From Lama glama (Eukaryota): DNA of 64,000 nucleotides. Position 1 is the stretch's first letter. Every line of letters starts with the position of its first letter. This document shows positions 39,063-53,000 of this stretch, one piece after another. Where the stretch lies: positions 22,756,001 to 22,820,000 of the forward strand of contig CM052817.1 of NCBI GenBank assembly GCA_028534125.1. The letters run 5' to 3'. The notes under the pieces were generated by a model. It made no database searches, was not told the DNA's origin, and saw only the letters and a list, made by a program, of their open reading frames with translations. A program made the position numbers and the translations under genes.

Positions 39063-39511
39063 TGTATATAAATCAGCTTGCACTGCCATAACAAAATACC
39101 AATGACTGGTTATCTTAAGCAAAGAACTTACTTGTCATGTCACACTTCTAAAGGCTGGGAAGCCCGACATCAAGGGGCTGGCCTATTTAGTCCCCAGTGG
39201 AGCTTTCTTCCGGACTTGCAGACTGCCTCCTTCTCTCTATGTGCTTATATGACCTCTCCTTTGTGTGTGTATGTGGGAGATTGAGAGAGAGCAGGAGGAG
39301 GAGAGAGACGGAGTCAGAGCCAGAAAGAGCTAGTTAGCTCTCTGGGTTTTCTTTTGAGAGCATTAATCCCATCATGAAGTCTCCACCTTCATAATCTCAT
39401 CAAACCTTAATTACCTCTCAAGGGACTCATCTCCAAAATAATCATATTGGGGTTAGGGATTCAAAATATGAATTTTGGGTTGAGGGGAACACAAATATTC
39501 AATCCATAACA
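39063..39511 (-). mobile_element. MaLR MLT1A-like solo LTR
   Basis: CTGCCATAACAAAATACC...CTTGCAGACTGCCTCCTTCTC...CATTAATCCCATCATGA...GGGGTTAGGGATTCAAAATATGAATTTTGGG...CAATCCATAACA. Confidence 0.9.
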
Positions 39512-39628
39512 CATCTTATAAAAGAAGTTACATAAATATTTAATGAGTATAATACACATGTATTATTATTTTTATATTTTCCTTTATAATGTAAGGTACA
39601 TGAGAGCAAACAACATTTCTATCTAATA

Positions 39629-39681
39629 TGTGTGTGTGTGTATATATATATATACACATATATATCTGTATATATATATAG
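39629..39681. repeat. Compound (TG)n(TA)n microsatellite
   Basis: Read directly from the sequence. Confidence 0.85.
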
Positions 39682-40991
39682 TGATAAATAAATGTTTGTT
39701 GAGCAAATGAATAACTTAATGTGCAACTGAAATAAAGCTTGGGTCTCAAAATATAGACTGAAGCCACAGGTGAGGATTGAAGTTATTGTAATAGCTATGT
39801 GATGTTGTCAAGAAAATACACTTAAAAAAAGAAGAGAATGTAGCAAAAACTTTGCAGTAGTAGTTCTCAAAAAAAGAACCATAAGTTTGAAGACAATGGT
39901 ATGACAGACTTGGTTTTGGTTACAAAACTCACAGACAATCTCATTTTTATTTTTATTTTTCTACTTTTTAAGCTTTTTGTCCTACTGAGTCAATAATTAA
40001 GAACTAATAATTATTTACTGAATAAGAAGAAATTTCAAGAATTTTTGGCATTCTCAGCATCGTCCTAACTTACTTCAAATTGTCTGGTATAAATTAAAAG
40101 ACAATGCTTAGTATTAATCTTAAGATGGGATATACATATATACAGAGAGAGAGAGGGTGAAATGGAAGAAAAAGCAAATTCAATAGTGTCAGTGAGACTG
40201 ATTTCAGGCATTTTAACAGGTTTCCTAAGACAAAATATAAATATGCATTATCTTCAACTCAGGTTGGGAGTACAACTTCTGAGTTTGTCCCTAGTGTTGT
40301 CTATTAGTTGCTTCTGGAATCCAGACCTAGAATAGAAATATGCCCGAAGGGCCTTTTTGGCCTTTCAAAGGATCTACTCATCTCTAATGTTAACCAGCTG
40401 CAGCTGTAAACTGCTTCAGCAAGAAAAAACACACATATACACCAAATGAAAACACATCTTTTTTTTTTCCAAAACTATTTTACGTTAGCTATCCATCTTT
40501 CACAAACATCTGCCAGTAAGATATTGAGCAAGCAGTTAGAAGAAGCGACATCCACAAAGCTTACTGCTGTTTCCCCTCCTCACTCACATGATTACATCTA
40601 ATAACCAGTTGGAACCTGTGAGATTTACTGCTTTTGCAGAAGGCCTGGGTGTGGGGAAAATATTGGTCAGGGTGACGTTTTAAAATGAAAAATATAGCTT
40701 TACTCTGGTCTCAGAATCTTTATAAAATTTACTCAGTGGGGGTTAACTGCCCCTGCCCTGGCATGAAAATATGGCAGGCCCAATGCCTATCTGACTTATT
40801 TTTAGATAGCATACACCATTGAAGGCAATGTTAAGAGCTAACAGAGTCACCATTTAGTAAATACATTTCTAATACAAAACTAAATTTTAAAAATCACAAC
40901 TACATATAATATAAATTATGTCTCTTCTCCCCAGGTCAGGTCTCTGAGTGAATGGAAATGTCTTATTGCCCCCAACGCTATCTACACTTTA

Positions 40992-41540
40992 TTTACTTTT
41001 AATAAATTTTATTTTTTAGAGAGTTTTAGGTTCACAGCAAAACTGAAAGGGAGGAAAAGGGCTCTTCTATCTCCCTGCCCTGAGACATGCCTCCCCAGTT
41101 ATCAACATCCCCCTCCAGATGGGCACATTTGTTGCACCCGATGAACGTACACTGACACATGATAATCACCCAAAGTCCACAGTTCACATTCATGTTCACT
41201 CTTGGTGTTATGTCTTCTATGGATTCAGACAAATGTATACTGGCATGTAGCCATCACTATAGTATCCCTCTACCCCCACCTGCTGGCAACCACTGGTCCT
41301 TTTATTGTTTATTGTCCACAGTTTTGCCTTTTCCAAAATGTCATATACTTGAACTTATATTGTGTGTAGCCTTTTCAGATTGGCTTCTTTCACTTAGTAA
41401 TGTGCATTTAAGATTCCTTCAAGTCTTTTTATGGTTTGACAGCTCATTTATTTTCAGCACTGAATAATATCCCATTGTCTGGATCACCAGAGTTTATTTA
41501 TCCATTCACCTACTGAAAGACATCTTAGTTGCTTCTAAGT
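40992..41540 (-). mobile_element. L1MC1-type 3' end
   Basis: TTTTAGAGAGTTTTAGGTTCACAGCAAAACTGA...ATCACCCAAAGTCCACAGTT...TTTATCCATTCACCTACTGAAAGACATCTT. Confidence 0.9.
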
Positions 41541-41850
41541 AATGTAGTAATGTATTCTACTTATAAAAATAAAATAAGCTACAATTCTACTTCTGAAAGA
41601 AAGAAATGAGTTTCACAGTAAAATTACGTCCATACCAATAATAAAATGTTTTTGCCAATTAATATTGACTGATATATTACCACTGATACACAATTTTTCA
41701 TTAAAAAGAAAAGTTTATTAATGTATTATAATTATCATTATGTATCAGAAAATGGAGAAACAAGATTAATAAGATAAAATTTGCCTTCTTTGAGTTTACA
41801 GTGGAAATGTGAGTGGAGTCTTCCTTACTACGGAAACTACTTGCCATCTA

Positions 41851-41994
41851 GGTCAGTATTACTTGATGCCAATTAGAAATGTGATTTTTTATCTTGATTC
41901 CAAGAACTTCTGATTTACTCAACTTCTCTGGGTCCCTAAATATGTATTTTTAATATGCATCTCAGATGATTCACGTATTTGAGAACCACCACTG
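41851..41994. mobile_element. MER5A-type relic
   Basis: TTAGAAATG...TTCTGATTTA...TGTATTTTTAA...CTCAGATGATTC...TTTGAGAACCAC. Confidence 0.55.
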
Positions 41995-42048
41995 TTCCAA
42001 AGAATGAGACTCCAGAGAGGTACAAACAGTAAAACACAATGCAATGGG

Positions 42049-45000
42049 GATGGACATCAGCAAGATAGCCAAATAAGACTTCCTTCACATGTATCTCCCC
42101 TCAACAGCATAATTTTGCATTTATACACAGACAGAAGTGCCTCTGTGGGAGCTTTGGGATCTAGGTAGGAGATTGTGAAACCTTGGAGAAGTCCAAGTCT
42201 GAGGAAAGCTGTTTTGAGAAAGGAAGCCCACACTCAGGTGTCTACCTGTGACTGTAGCCCTGGCTACACACCTGGAAGCAGCTCCATATACCTGAGGACT
42301 TACCTACAGCCCAGCCTGGCTTTGATTCTGTCACCAGCAACAAATACCAAGGTACCCAAGAGGAATCATGCCTTACCTATATATCAGGTAACAGGTATAC
42401 AAATCTCAGTCCTACTTGTAGACCCTGAAGTCTACATCCCATGAAACAGCTTCAGCCCCTCTTATCACAATCCAGGAGCCCATGAAGAAAAGTGATGTTG
42501 CCAGTAACCAGTGGACAAGAAGTCCTCTGTGGAAGTCCAGGAATCCAGTGGAGAAGTTGCAGTACAGTTCTGGAGCAAAAAATCCAAGATTAGATGCATT
42601 GAATAAGGTGAAAGGAGCAGGTTCATATCACCACTTGCTTAAGACAGGACAGCCCAAATCCAAGAAAAACCTTGTCAACTTGTGATTTCTCCAGAGGGGG
42701 AACGTAAGAGCATGCAAGTTAGCATCTGGCTTGCTGAGCTCTGCTGTATGCTGCTGACGAGACTCAGTTTTATCCTGCTCCATTCAGAATACTGAGGTAT
42801 GCTTCCTGACTATGGGGCAGGGACTACCTGGGAGAGCAGCAGAAAGGACTTCTGTAGGACATTAAAGGGACATGAATCCAGCTAAGTGCATCTCAGATTC
42901 TATCAAGAAGCCTGCCGATGAACTGCCAGGAATGACTTATCTGTGGATCCCCACAACAGTCCCACAGGCAATACTAGTTAGTGTTCTAATCACCTCACCC
43001 ACGCACACATCCCACCCAGCATCTGATTCCTTGTGCATACCCCTGATGGTGGCAAGAGTGAGCCACTGCAGATGGCTAGTGAGCACACACACAGAGCTAA
43101 ATTCTATGGGTGTGGGAGAAACCATAAACTTGTATAATCAGCACCACTCTAGGGAAAGCAAAAGGGAGGCTGCCAGTATTCAGCCTGGTTTGGCAGAATC
43201 CAGGGAAGGCACACAAGCTTAGGAATTCTGCCACAAAAGGAAGCAAAATATGTGGAGTAGGCACACCCACAGGGAAGATCTGAACAAGCCTCAGAAACCC
43301 TAGCAGAGCTGATGGAATACATTTATCCCAAAAGCCAGTCAGTGAAGACTGGAGGAGGTGACCCTACTTCAAATGCAAAAACAATAATTCAAGACTTAAA
43401 GGAACATATAAAAAAATCAAGAAAACATGGCACCACCAAAAGAACATAATAATATTCCAATAACAAACCAAAAAGACATGGAAATGTGTGATTTGTCCAA
43501 TAAGAATTCAAAATTACTATTTTACAGAAGCTCAGTGAGCTATTAGACAAAGAAAAACAATTCAATTAAATCAGGAGAACAGTACATGAATAGAATGAGA
43601 AGTTTAACAAGAAGTAGAAACCATTTAAAAAACAAACAAACAAACAAACAAACAAACAAAAACCCTCTAGAGCAGAAGTATAAAATCCCAGTGAAAAATT
43701 CAATAGAGATCTTCAACAGTGCATTTGGCCAGGCAGAAGAAAGAATCAGAGAACTTGAAGATACATCATTTGAAATTCTCCAATCAGAACAGGAAAAAGA
43801 AATAAAAGATCAACTAAACTAAGAGCTATGGAAAAAAAAAGATAAACAAAACTGGCAAATACTTAGCTAAACTAGGAAAAGAAGAGAAAAGGACCCCCAA
43901 AATAAAATCAGAAATGAAAAATGGCACCATTACTACCAATACCATGGAAATAAAATAGAAACATGAGACTATATGAAAAGTTATAGGCTAACAAATTTGA
44001 TAACATAGGGGAAACAGAAAAATTACTAGAAACATACAAACTATCAAGGCAGAGTCATAAAAAAATAGAAAATCTGAACAGATCAATACTGAGTAAGGAA
44101 GGAGGTTGAATCAGCAATCAATAACCTCACAACAAGGAAAAGCCCAAGGCAAGGTGGTTTCGCTGTTGAATTCTATCAAACACTGAAAGAAGAATTAGAG
44201 CCAATTCTTCTTAAACATTGAAGAGGAGATAACACTATCAAACTCGTTTACGAGGCTAGCATTACCCTGATATCAAAGCCAGATAAGAACACTACAAGAA
44301 AAGAAAACTACAGGCCAATATTCCTGATAAATACAATAAACATTCTTGATAAAATCCTAGCAAACTGAATTCAACAGCTCATTAGAAGGATTATTCAGCA
44401 TAATCAAGTGGGATTTATCCTTGGGATGCAGGGATTGTTCAAGATATGCAAATTGATGTTATATATACCACATTGAGAGACTGAAAGATGTAAAGTATAT
44501 TATTCTTTTAATGGACACAAAAAGATTTTGGAAAAAAATGACATTCATTTATAATAAAAATTCTAAAAAAATCAAGTATATAAGAAATGTACCTCAACAT
44601 AATAAAAGCCATATATGACAAATGAATAGCTAACATCAGACTCAACAGTGAAAGATTGAAAAGCTTTTTCTCTAAGATCAGGAGTAAGACAAGGGTACCC
44701 TCTCTCACCACTTCTATTCAACATAGTGCTGGAAGTCCTAGCCAGAGCACTTAGTCAAGAAGAAATACAAATGATTTGTATAACAGGTATACAAATTAGA
44801 AAGAAGGAAGTTTACAGTTGATATGATAATGGACAGAAAAAATTCTAAATACTCCACCAAAAAACCTTTAGAACTAATCAACAAATTCAGTGAAGTTTCA
44901 AGACTTAAAATCAAGAAGCAAAAAGTAGCTGTGTTTCTATACATTAACAGTGAACGCTCTGAAAAATAAAGAAAGGAAATCGAGTAGAATGGTGGTTGCT

Positions 45001-45333
45001 AATGCTTGTAGGGGTGGGAGCAGGGGGATGGAAAGATGCTGATCAAAGAGTACAAACTTCCCGCTTCAGATGAGTGAATTCTGGGGATCTAATGTAGCGA
45101 ATGGTGATTATAGTTAACAATATTATATTGCATTCTTGAAAACTGCCAAGAGAGTAAATACTGAATATTCTTACTATAACAAAAGCAGAATGGTAATTTT
45201 GTTAGTTGAAAAATATTTATTTAACCTTATTGTAGTAATCATTTTGCAATATACATGTGCATGGAATAGTCATACTGTGAAACTTAAACTTATACAATTC
45301 TACATGTCAATTATATCTTAATAAAGCCAGGAA
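42049..45333 (+). mobile_element. L1MA9/L1MA10-like LINE-1 with both ends and two large internal deletions
   Basis: 5' start GATGGACATCAGCAAGAT, about 1.3 kb of 5' UTR, ORF1 start (IEIFNSAFGQAEERIRELEDTSFEILQSEQ), central ORF2/RT (CCCTGATATCAAAGCCAGA, CAAGTGGGATTTATCCTTGGGATGCA) and a 3' UTR ending AATAAAGCCAGGAAAA. TSD AAAACACA(ATG)CAATGGG at 42031-42048 / 45334-45348. Confidence 0.9.
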
Positions 45334-45351
45334 AAAACACACAATGGGTAT

Positions 45352-45740
45352 TGTGTTGTTCTGCGCAAATATCCCTGGCAGGGCTGACACATCTACCTCC
45401 TAGACAATGGAATTATCAGCTGCTGATAAATTATAACAGCCACTCACAGTTGCCCTCATCCTCAGGGAGATGCTTAATTGCCTAACCCAAGGTTATTTCC
45501 CTTCCCAGAGTTAACATGTGGTCAATATTTGGATAGGGAATGCATAGAATCAGCCTCATGGGCTTTGAACTTATGTTGAGATTGGCTGAGGCTTCAGTTG
45601 CACTGCATTGATAAATAGCCTCTGTCCAATGGTTCCTTCCTCAGTTTTGCACAAGTTTATCTTCTGTGTGTTTCTTCAGCAAACCATCTGCATGAAAAAT
45701 TTTATTTCAGAGTCTGTTTCCAAGGAACCCAATCAAATAG
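45352..45740 (+). mobile_element. ERVL LTR16-like LTR
   Basis: GATTGGCTGAGGCTTCAGTTGCACTGCAT...CTGCATGAAAAATTTTATTTCAGAGTCTGTTTCCAAGGAACCCAA end motif. Confidence 0.7.
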
Positions 45741-46059
45741 GATCAACAACACTGCCCATTTGACCTCATATTCACCTCTAGGTGAAAGCATAGGATAGAA
45801 GCCTATGAAAGTTTTAAAGACATTTACAATCAGCGTATCAACAATTGGAAGACTTAGATCCAAGGGTAGTAAGCCTCAAATCTCAAAATATGTATTTTTC
45901 TATCTCCGTATTTGCAATTTCAATGTCTATCCTTTATTTCTTCCTTCCTTGGATCCTGCATTCCCTCTATTTTCCTTCTCCCCTTCCTCACTTCACACTT
46001 TTCTTTTTCCTTTCCTCATTTATTGTTTCCTGCCATCTTTTCTTTCTTTCCTTTGTCAA

Positions 46060-46680
46060 AAAAAAAAAATATTGGCTATGTATCACTATTCCTGATGTGG
46101 AAGAGACAGCAGTGATCTAGAGAGGAAAAAAAAATCCTATCATAAATAAGCCTAAATTATATTATGAAGAAACAATCATAAAATAAGTAACATACATAAT
46201 ATTTCAAATTTTGATAAGTTTTCTGGAGGAAAAATAAAGCATATAATAGGAATAAACATTACTGGTTTGGTCATTACTATTTTAAATAGAGTTGTCAAGG
46301 AAAGCTAGATTGATAAAAATAAAACATGTGTGCAGAAGCCTAAAAGATGAAGATGAGAGTCATGCGGCTATCTGGGGGAAGAGCATTCCAAGTGTAGAAA
46401 TCTGAAATGCAAAGGTCTCCTGCAGATGTATGCTTTTGGTGTATTTGAGGAATATCAAGAACATTAGTTTGATCAGAGTAGACCTGGTGACAGGAAAAGT
46501 GATTTAGATGAGATCAGACAAAAGAGTGAAGGAAAGTGTATATTTTAAAAGAATTTTAGGCCACTGTATGGGATTTAACTTTTATTTTACTCTGTGTGAG
46601 GTTAGATACCACTGCAGTTTTTTGAGCAGAGGAATGGTGAGATCTAGACCATGCTTTAAGAGCATCATTCTGGCACCTAT
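46060..46680 (-). mobile_element. L2a relic
   Basis: GCTATCTGGGGGAAGAGCATTCCAAG...TGCAAAGGTC...TTTTGAGCAGAGGAATGG...AAGAGCATCATTCTGGC. Confidence 0.8.
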
Positions 46681-47675
46681 ATATAATATGAACCCAACAT
46701 TTTGGGTTTTATTCTTAAAATATGATTGTGAATTCAAAATAACAGCTGTTTACATTTTCTATCTAATAGATGTTTTAATTACATGTTTTGATAACAAATC
46801 TTTTAATAAGAATTATATCAACATAGATGAATTATTTTGAAGCACTCAAACATGTTAATCTTCATCAATTTTCTATGCAATGCAGTTAAACTTTTGCACT
46901 TTGCCCTTTTCTTTTAACTTCTATGGGAACAATGGCTTTAATGCCATGTTCAGAATAAAATTATTTAATATCATTACTGTCCAGTTAATTATTTACTAAT
47001 TATACCCCCAGCCATTCTTAAGTTTCCTTTTGGACTGTAACTCTGTGCCATTTTTCCCAGCCCAAATTTGTCGAGAATATTTTATTATGTTTTCAATGAC
47101 AACTGTTATCATTGGAAAAAACATCAATGCTCAATGACATTTTAACTATTTTGTTTGGGAAAAGACAAAATTATCCATTAAAGTAAAATAAAGTTATTTT
47201 TCTGGCACTTCCCTTTAAGGTTGTCTTAATAACATGATATAACTTTTACATTAATGAAAATGGTACTATTCTTCATCTGCCATACATAGTTGATTGCATT
47301 CTATGTATTAAAGATTAAACATATACTGGGCCTACAAAAACTTAAACAACATTATCTGCCCTCAGTTGGCTGTCAATTAAGAGAAACAAGAAAATACACA
47401 GATTGATAGAATACTGTATTGTAAGTGTCATGATAATCGTCTGGAAGGCTCCCCAGAGACACATTAGAGAACAGGAGGGTAGAGATCAATTCTTATTAGA
47501 ATCTCATTGTCCTTCACCTACAGTCCTCCAAGGCTGCTCTTGAGCTAGTCCTTCCTGTTGCTGTTTCTTGCCCTATGCTTCTAGGATACTGGACAAATTT
47601 GAAGCTACCAAAAGCTGCATACTGCAGTAAAATAATTGTTGTTTTGCACTGTCAGCTCTAAGCGCAACTTCACAT

Positions 47676-48143
47676 TGTAAAATAAAATTTATATTTTATG
47701 GCAAGACAAGAACTATTAAAGCATAAGAAGTTTTTCTCTACCATTTGGCTTCCTCTCTCCTTTCTACTGTGTACTGTATATCTGCATTATGCATCTATGA
47801 AACCTCCCTCATCGGCAGAGATACCTGCTCAACCATAAAGAGCAACCAACAAGACACCTAGCACCAACAACAACTCCTTAAAAGATAACATTCCTTCTTC
47901 ATCTTGTACGGTGCCACAATGACCCATGGCCCACTACCTTCTAGACTGTATAAACCATCAATAAGATGTCGTTTAATGCACAGCCTTCTGTCTCAAAAAC
48001 TTACATAACTGTGTTTTGACCTCTAACTGGTGGAACAGTTCTTGGGGCTTTCTGAGAGGCTGCTCCAGTGTTCTAATCTTCAATTTGGCTTGAATAAAAT
48101 TTTCCATTTCTTTCTCAGATAGACTGCTTAGTTTTTGTCAGCA
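47676..48143 (+). mobile_element. ERV1 (class I) solo LTR, 468 bp
   Basis: TG...CA termini, perfect 4-bp TSD ACAT (47672-47675 / 48144-48147), and AATAAA about 50 nt from the 3' end. Confidence 0.8.
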
Positions 48144-48750
48144 ACATCAATCTTCTTTGACTTCTGTGTACTCACCTCGACCCTTATATATGTGCATACA
48201 TGTGAATAAGTAAGTATGGATAACCAAAGTTCTAGTTCGCATCTTCCAACTTGTCTAGTTCAATATAAACGCATGGCAAGTTCTCAGTAACACTGAATAA
48301 AATAGGTAAATGTTTTAACTCATCCTACTGAATTCACTGAAACACAGAAACAGCGGTTGCTTTATCTTCTTTCAGCTAGGTAGAGTATCTACTTTCCTCT
48401 GTAATTCCAAGGTCCTCGTCCATGCAAGTAATAATGACAGGAATGGTCTGAAGTCCATCAACTTGATGCCGTAGGAATGAGAGGAGAACTTCTTCATGGA
48501 TTCTCACTGTGGGCTCCATGGCTAGAAAGCCCAGGACGCAGCTGAGCCAAAAGAACAATAGGTAAATCAGTACCTTCAGAGGTTCGTATAAGACAGATAG
48601 ACAATGGAGAAAACACTGATATTATTCTCATCACCATGGCAATCTAGCTATACAAACACGGACTTCACGTTTAAAAGGAGATCTAAGGTAATTTCTGGTG
48701 TTAAATGATTCTGCAACTAGAATATTAAAGAGGATATATATCTCATATGC

Positions 48751-48752
<2 letters not shown>

Positions 48753-48797
<45 letters not shown>

Positions 48798-48815
48798 CAC
48801 ACACAAACACATACA
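48753..48815. repeat. Compound (TA)n/(CA)n microsatellite
   Basis: Read directly from the sequence. Confidence 0.9.
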
Positions 48816-49817
48816 TAACAATGCCTCTAATATCTAGGAGGAACATACAAAGGCATTACATTTCCTCACCCATCTCTGTCTTGCCATCATTGCTCTGCCT
48901 CAGGAGGACTGCTAAATATAGTACAGACCTGGTATAGCCACAAGTGTGTAGGGTGTAGTTTGACTTTGGTATATCACTGCGATTTTATCTTTTCTTCTTA
49001 TTGTCCCTAGATTATATGTTTAAAAAAATAGATCAACGGGTTTATTGTTGTCCCACTTCTAGTTTTCAAAGCATGTAATGCCAGTGATCTAAACCTAAAA
49101 GGAAGAGTACATTTCTGCTCTTGGTGTTATGATTCTAATATTTCTACTTCAACATCAAAGAGCTCATATGCTACTGTCCTATGATGAAACAAAAACAAAA
49201 AGAAAATTTAAAGTTATGTCCCTCTCCCCTGCCTTCTCTTATATGGTCAGCTAGTTATTTTAAATTACCCAGGCACATTATCCTAAACCAAACCTCAAGA
49301 AATACTAGCAATCAGGTTTCCATCATCATCTGACCTAAGTGTTTTAGTAAGAATGATTCAACCAGTTGTTTTACACAGATTAACTCTCTAAATATGAAGA
49401 TGTAAATATTGAGCGGAGTTGCAGAGGAATCTAAGAGGACGAATAAGGTGAAAACTCATGGGCCTTGCATTGTTAGTTTATTTTTTACCCACAAACCATG
49501 CATATTTTCCCAAATTGCTGATAGCTAAATAGTAGGAGTGTTAGTGTGAGCTGAGGAAACTGGAGAAACTGGTTTCAGACAGAGCTAAAAATATCCTAGA
49601 GATACTGCACATTACAAAATGGACCTTTCCCAAAAGCATATTCGCTCATGTAGTTCAAACTTTATACATTTCTTTAGAAACATTGAAGATAAGCAATTAG
49701 AAGAGCTAGATAAAAAAATCTATTTGGAACTTCAGTGTTAGAAAGAAAATTCCAAGAGGTCAACAGATATAATTACAGCACCATAAAAAAGGCATTTCTC
49801 AATCAACAAGGTTAAAT

Positions 49818-49899
49818 TTATATATATACATATATATATACACACATTTATATACACATATACATACACACACGTACATACATACATAGATACATATAT
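49818..49899. repeat. Imperfect (TA)n/(TACA)n low-complexity tract
   Basis: Read directly from the sequence. Confidence 0.8.
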
Positions 49900-49904
49900 C
49901 TGTG

Positions 49905-50070
49905 AATATTCACTCCAGTAATTCTAATTTTATGTGAAAAGGTTTTTAAACATAAAAGTTAAGAAACTATACAGAAGTTAAGCAACTCTCCCCAAGCTCA
50001 TACCACTATATGGAGACTGGAACCCAGGTTTAGTCTGAATCTAGAAACTGGAGAATTTTAACTGTAATAT
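49905..50070 (-). mobile_element. MIR relic
   Basis: AGAAACTATACAGAAGTTAAGCAACTCTCCCCAAG...GGAACCCAGGTTTAGTCTGAATCTAGA. Confidence 0.65.
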
Positions 50071-53000
50071 AATCCGACATTAAATAGCCTCCTGAATAAA
50101 CAAAAGTATAATGCACACAAGTAAAAGAATCGTAAGTACACTAAGTAGATCTATCAATGTAACAAGAAAGATCTATTAAAAATGTAAAACCATAACATAG
50201 ACATAAAAACTGACATACAAATACATTTCTCCAGAGACATTAAATATTATATACATGCCAAATAATCATATAGTTGGAGGAAATTAATTTGAGGCAATGA
50301 GATATGAAGGATGGGTGCTCTGACAAGTCTAATTGCAGGCACCAGTTTAGGTCTTAGGAAGGGACTGGATGCATTTGGGAAGAGAAATTGAGGATACTGC
50401 TGAGCACAGTGTCCTTAGGATGCAGAAGGCCTGATTTCTAAGATTCACCAACTATATGATCTTGAACGAGTAGTAAGATGGTAAAAGGGTAAATTTGAAG
50501 AAAATTCAGAAATTTAACCCAAACACTTCCTTTTTACAGGTGGAAAAACCGATGTCTGTGACATTTAATGACTTCTCTATTTCCTGAAATCCTCACTAAT
50601 TATGTACAGAGCTACTGGGCTCAGTTTATGTATCTGTGAAGTAGGGCCAAAGTGCTAACCTTGTCTAGCTTTCAGCTAAGCCTTAACACTTAAAAAAATA
50701 GATTATGAGCCTTGTAGAGTAGAGTTACCACACTGTGTAATTACTGTTTCTTCTGTAGGGGAGTACTTGTTACCTCCTTTGCACTATAGCATACTCCTTA
50801 TGGAGAGAGATTTTCTCTTCTTACCCTTTTAATTAAAAAGTGTTAAAACATGTGAATGAATGAGGTTGATGTAAATGAGGTAAAATGACCTTAAATAGTA
50901 AAGTTTTAATAAATATCAGGTTTTTGAAAATCACATTTTTCGACATAATGAGATGCCACTTGTCATCCTGTACCTAACTATAGTGAGAAAATTTGATCCT
51001 TAGAAAACTTTTTTTAGTAACACCAAATTATTTCTTAAGATGACAGCTTTTAGATAATTAAGACCAGGATTCATATGAAACTGATCTTGCTTTTAAACCT
51101 ATACCATATTTGAGACTTTTTTCCTATACCTAGTTGCATACAACTAGGCGTAAGTTGGTAACCTATCAAACTTAAAACTTCAATGAAGTTTACTGAAGGA
51201 AATGGCATGGACTTCTATACAAAAGAACCTGACCCCTAGAGAAATCTACATACTCAGATGCAAACACAGACATAAACAGAGAAATACATTCTATCACTAC
51301 AAAATACTAATTCATCAAGTTTGGATCTGCTATCACTGTACTTAATTAATTAATTATTTAACAACTTCTTGTTTTATTATTTTGTTTAGAGTTTTAACGA
51401 CATTCTTTTTGACATTCTGTAACAACTCTGCCTAAAAACTGCAGCATCATTTACTGATTCAGACCTGCTCTTTCCTATTAATAAGAAGCTACAATTTTAT
51501 TCTAATTCCAGAAGTTAGAAGCAAGCCTTGAACCCTTCTCTCCTAAAAGGAAAAAGGAGTAAAGAGCACTTAACAGTGATTGAATCAGACAGTTTGTACC
51601 AAATCATGGAAATGTGCATTCGAAAGAGGCAGATAATTGTACAAGCATATTGCATAGAATACATAAGTGTAGCCCTGGAGGTCAAAAAAGTAGAAGGAAA
51701 CCAATTACGCTAAGTATCCACTAAATTGTTTTTCATTGTCTAATTGAAAAAGTGATCACAGGAATCAGAAAGGTTTAAATTGAAAGGGCTTTTAGTTTAA
51801 ATCTGACCTTAAGCCAATGTTATTTAAATGTGGTAAATAATGTATTCTGGAAGGAACTTTTCTAGATTCAAAATCCCACTTGAGTAGTGCTTGGATCATT
51901 TTTGGGTTTCTCTCACTGTGATTTTCCAGCCTTTAGTTAATGAAAGGAGCACACTTACTTATGTCAAATGTGAACATTACAAATTTATTTGGAAAGCTGA
52001 TCTTAATCGTATGTTTCCAGTGAAATAAATTCATTCATTCATTCCGTGCTTTTCCTGAATAATTTAGATCATTTAAGAAAACATGAAGCATTGGCCTAAA
52101 TAAACTTATCTATTCATTCATTGCTTTTGGTGAATAATTTAGAACATTTAAATAAAATTGAGTATCTGCCTAAATCATAAAGGGTTAATCGTCCCCTCAG
52201 CTTAAAGACATCAGTAGCAATCAGTGCTACTTATTACTTCACAGTCTTGATGAACCTTGATTCTTATGTTGATCCTGTACAAAAATTTTAGAGTTTGGAC
52301 ACTGCTGAAATAAAATAGAGAAAGAAAAGGGGAAAGAAATTGCTCTTTCAAGGACCTATTCAGGGGAACAAACCCATACTTTGCCCTTCTGCCAACCATT
52401 ATCTTCAGGCACCAGAACAGCCCTTAAAATACAGACACAGCAGATCAAGAGGCACCACGCATGGCTTCATCAGAAACAGCATGTGTTCAGACTCAGCTTC
52501 TCCCTAGGCCTAAATGAATTACCTTTAGGAGGCTACAACTTTCAAATCGGCTTTAAAAGGAACATTCTGTCTTTGGACAAATGGAGTAGGGCAGAGAAGA
52601 GTAGTTTCTGCTCCCGTTCTCCCAGGTACCAATTCTTTGCAAGCTCAAGACCAGGCCAGCGACTGCGAGACTGTGAGGTGCCTGGCTGCAGAAAGAAGAG
52701 GAGCCTCCCAGGCCATGAGCAATGAACGGTCCATCACATACGCACACCCCTCCCAGACTGTGCTCTCTCAGTGTTTCTGGAAAAATTCCATGAGGCCCTA
52801 TTAAGAGTTTGCTTAATCAGTGAAAATATCAAAGCGTTTAATTGTTTGCAATTCTTCTGAAGTTGCAGAAAGCAACAGCCAATTAGTACTCAAACTCCTC
52901 TTTTCAGATGGGAAACTAATCTCTTTTTAATAGAAACTTTTCCTACTCATTTTTTTTCCCTTGGAAACATACTTTGCAACCCAAATCACACTTAGAATAC

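Larger units (their letters stand above)
38230..39715 (+). mobile_element. L2 relic interrupted by MLT1A
   Basis: TTCAAACTGAACATG...CATAATCATCTCTCACCTGG...ATGATCATGACACT and the terminal AATAAATGTTTGTTGAGCAAATGAA. Confidence 0.65.
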
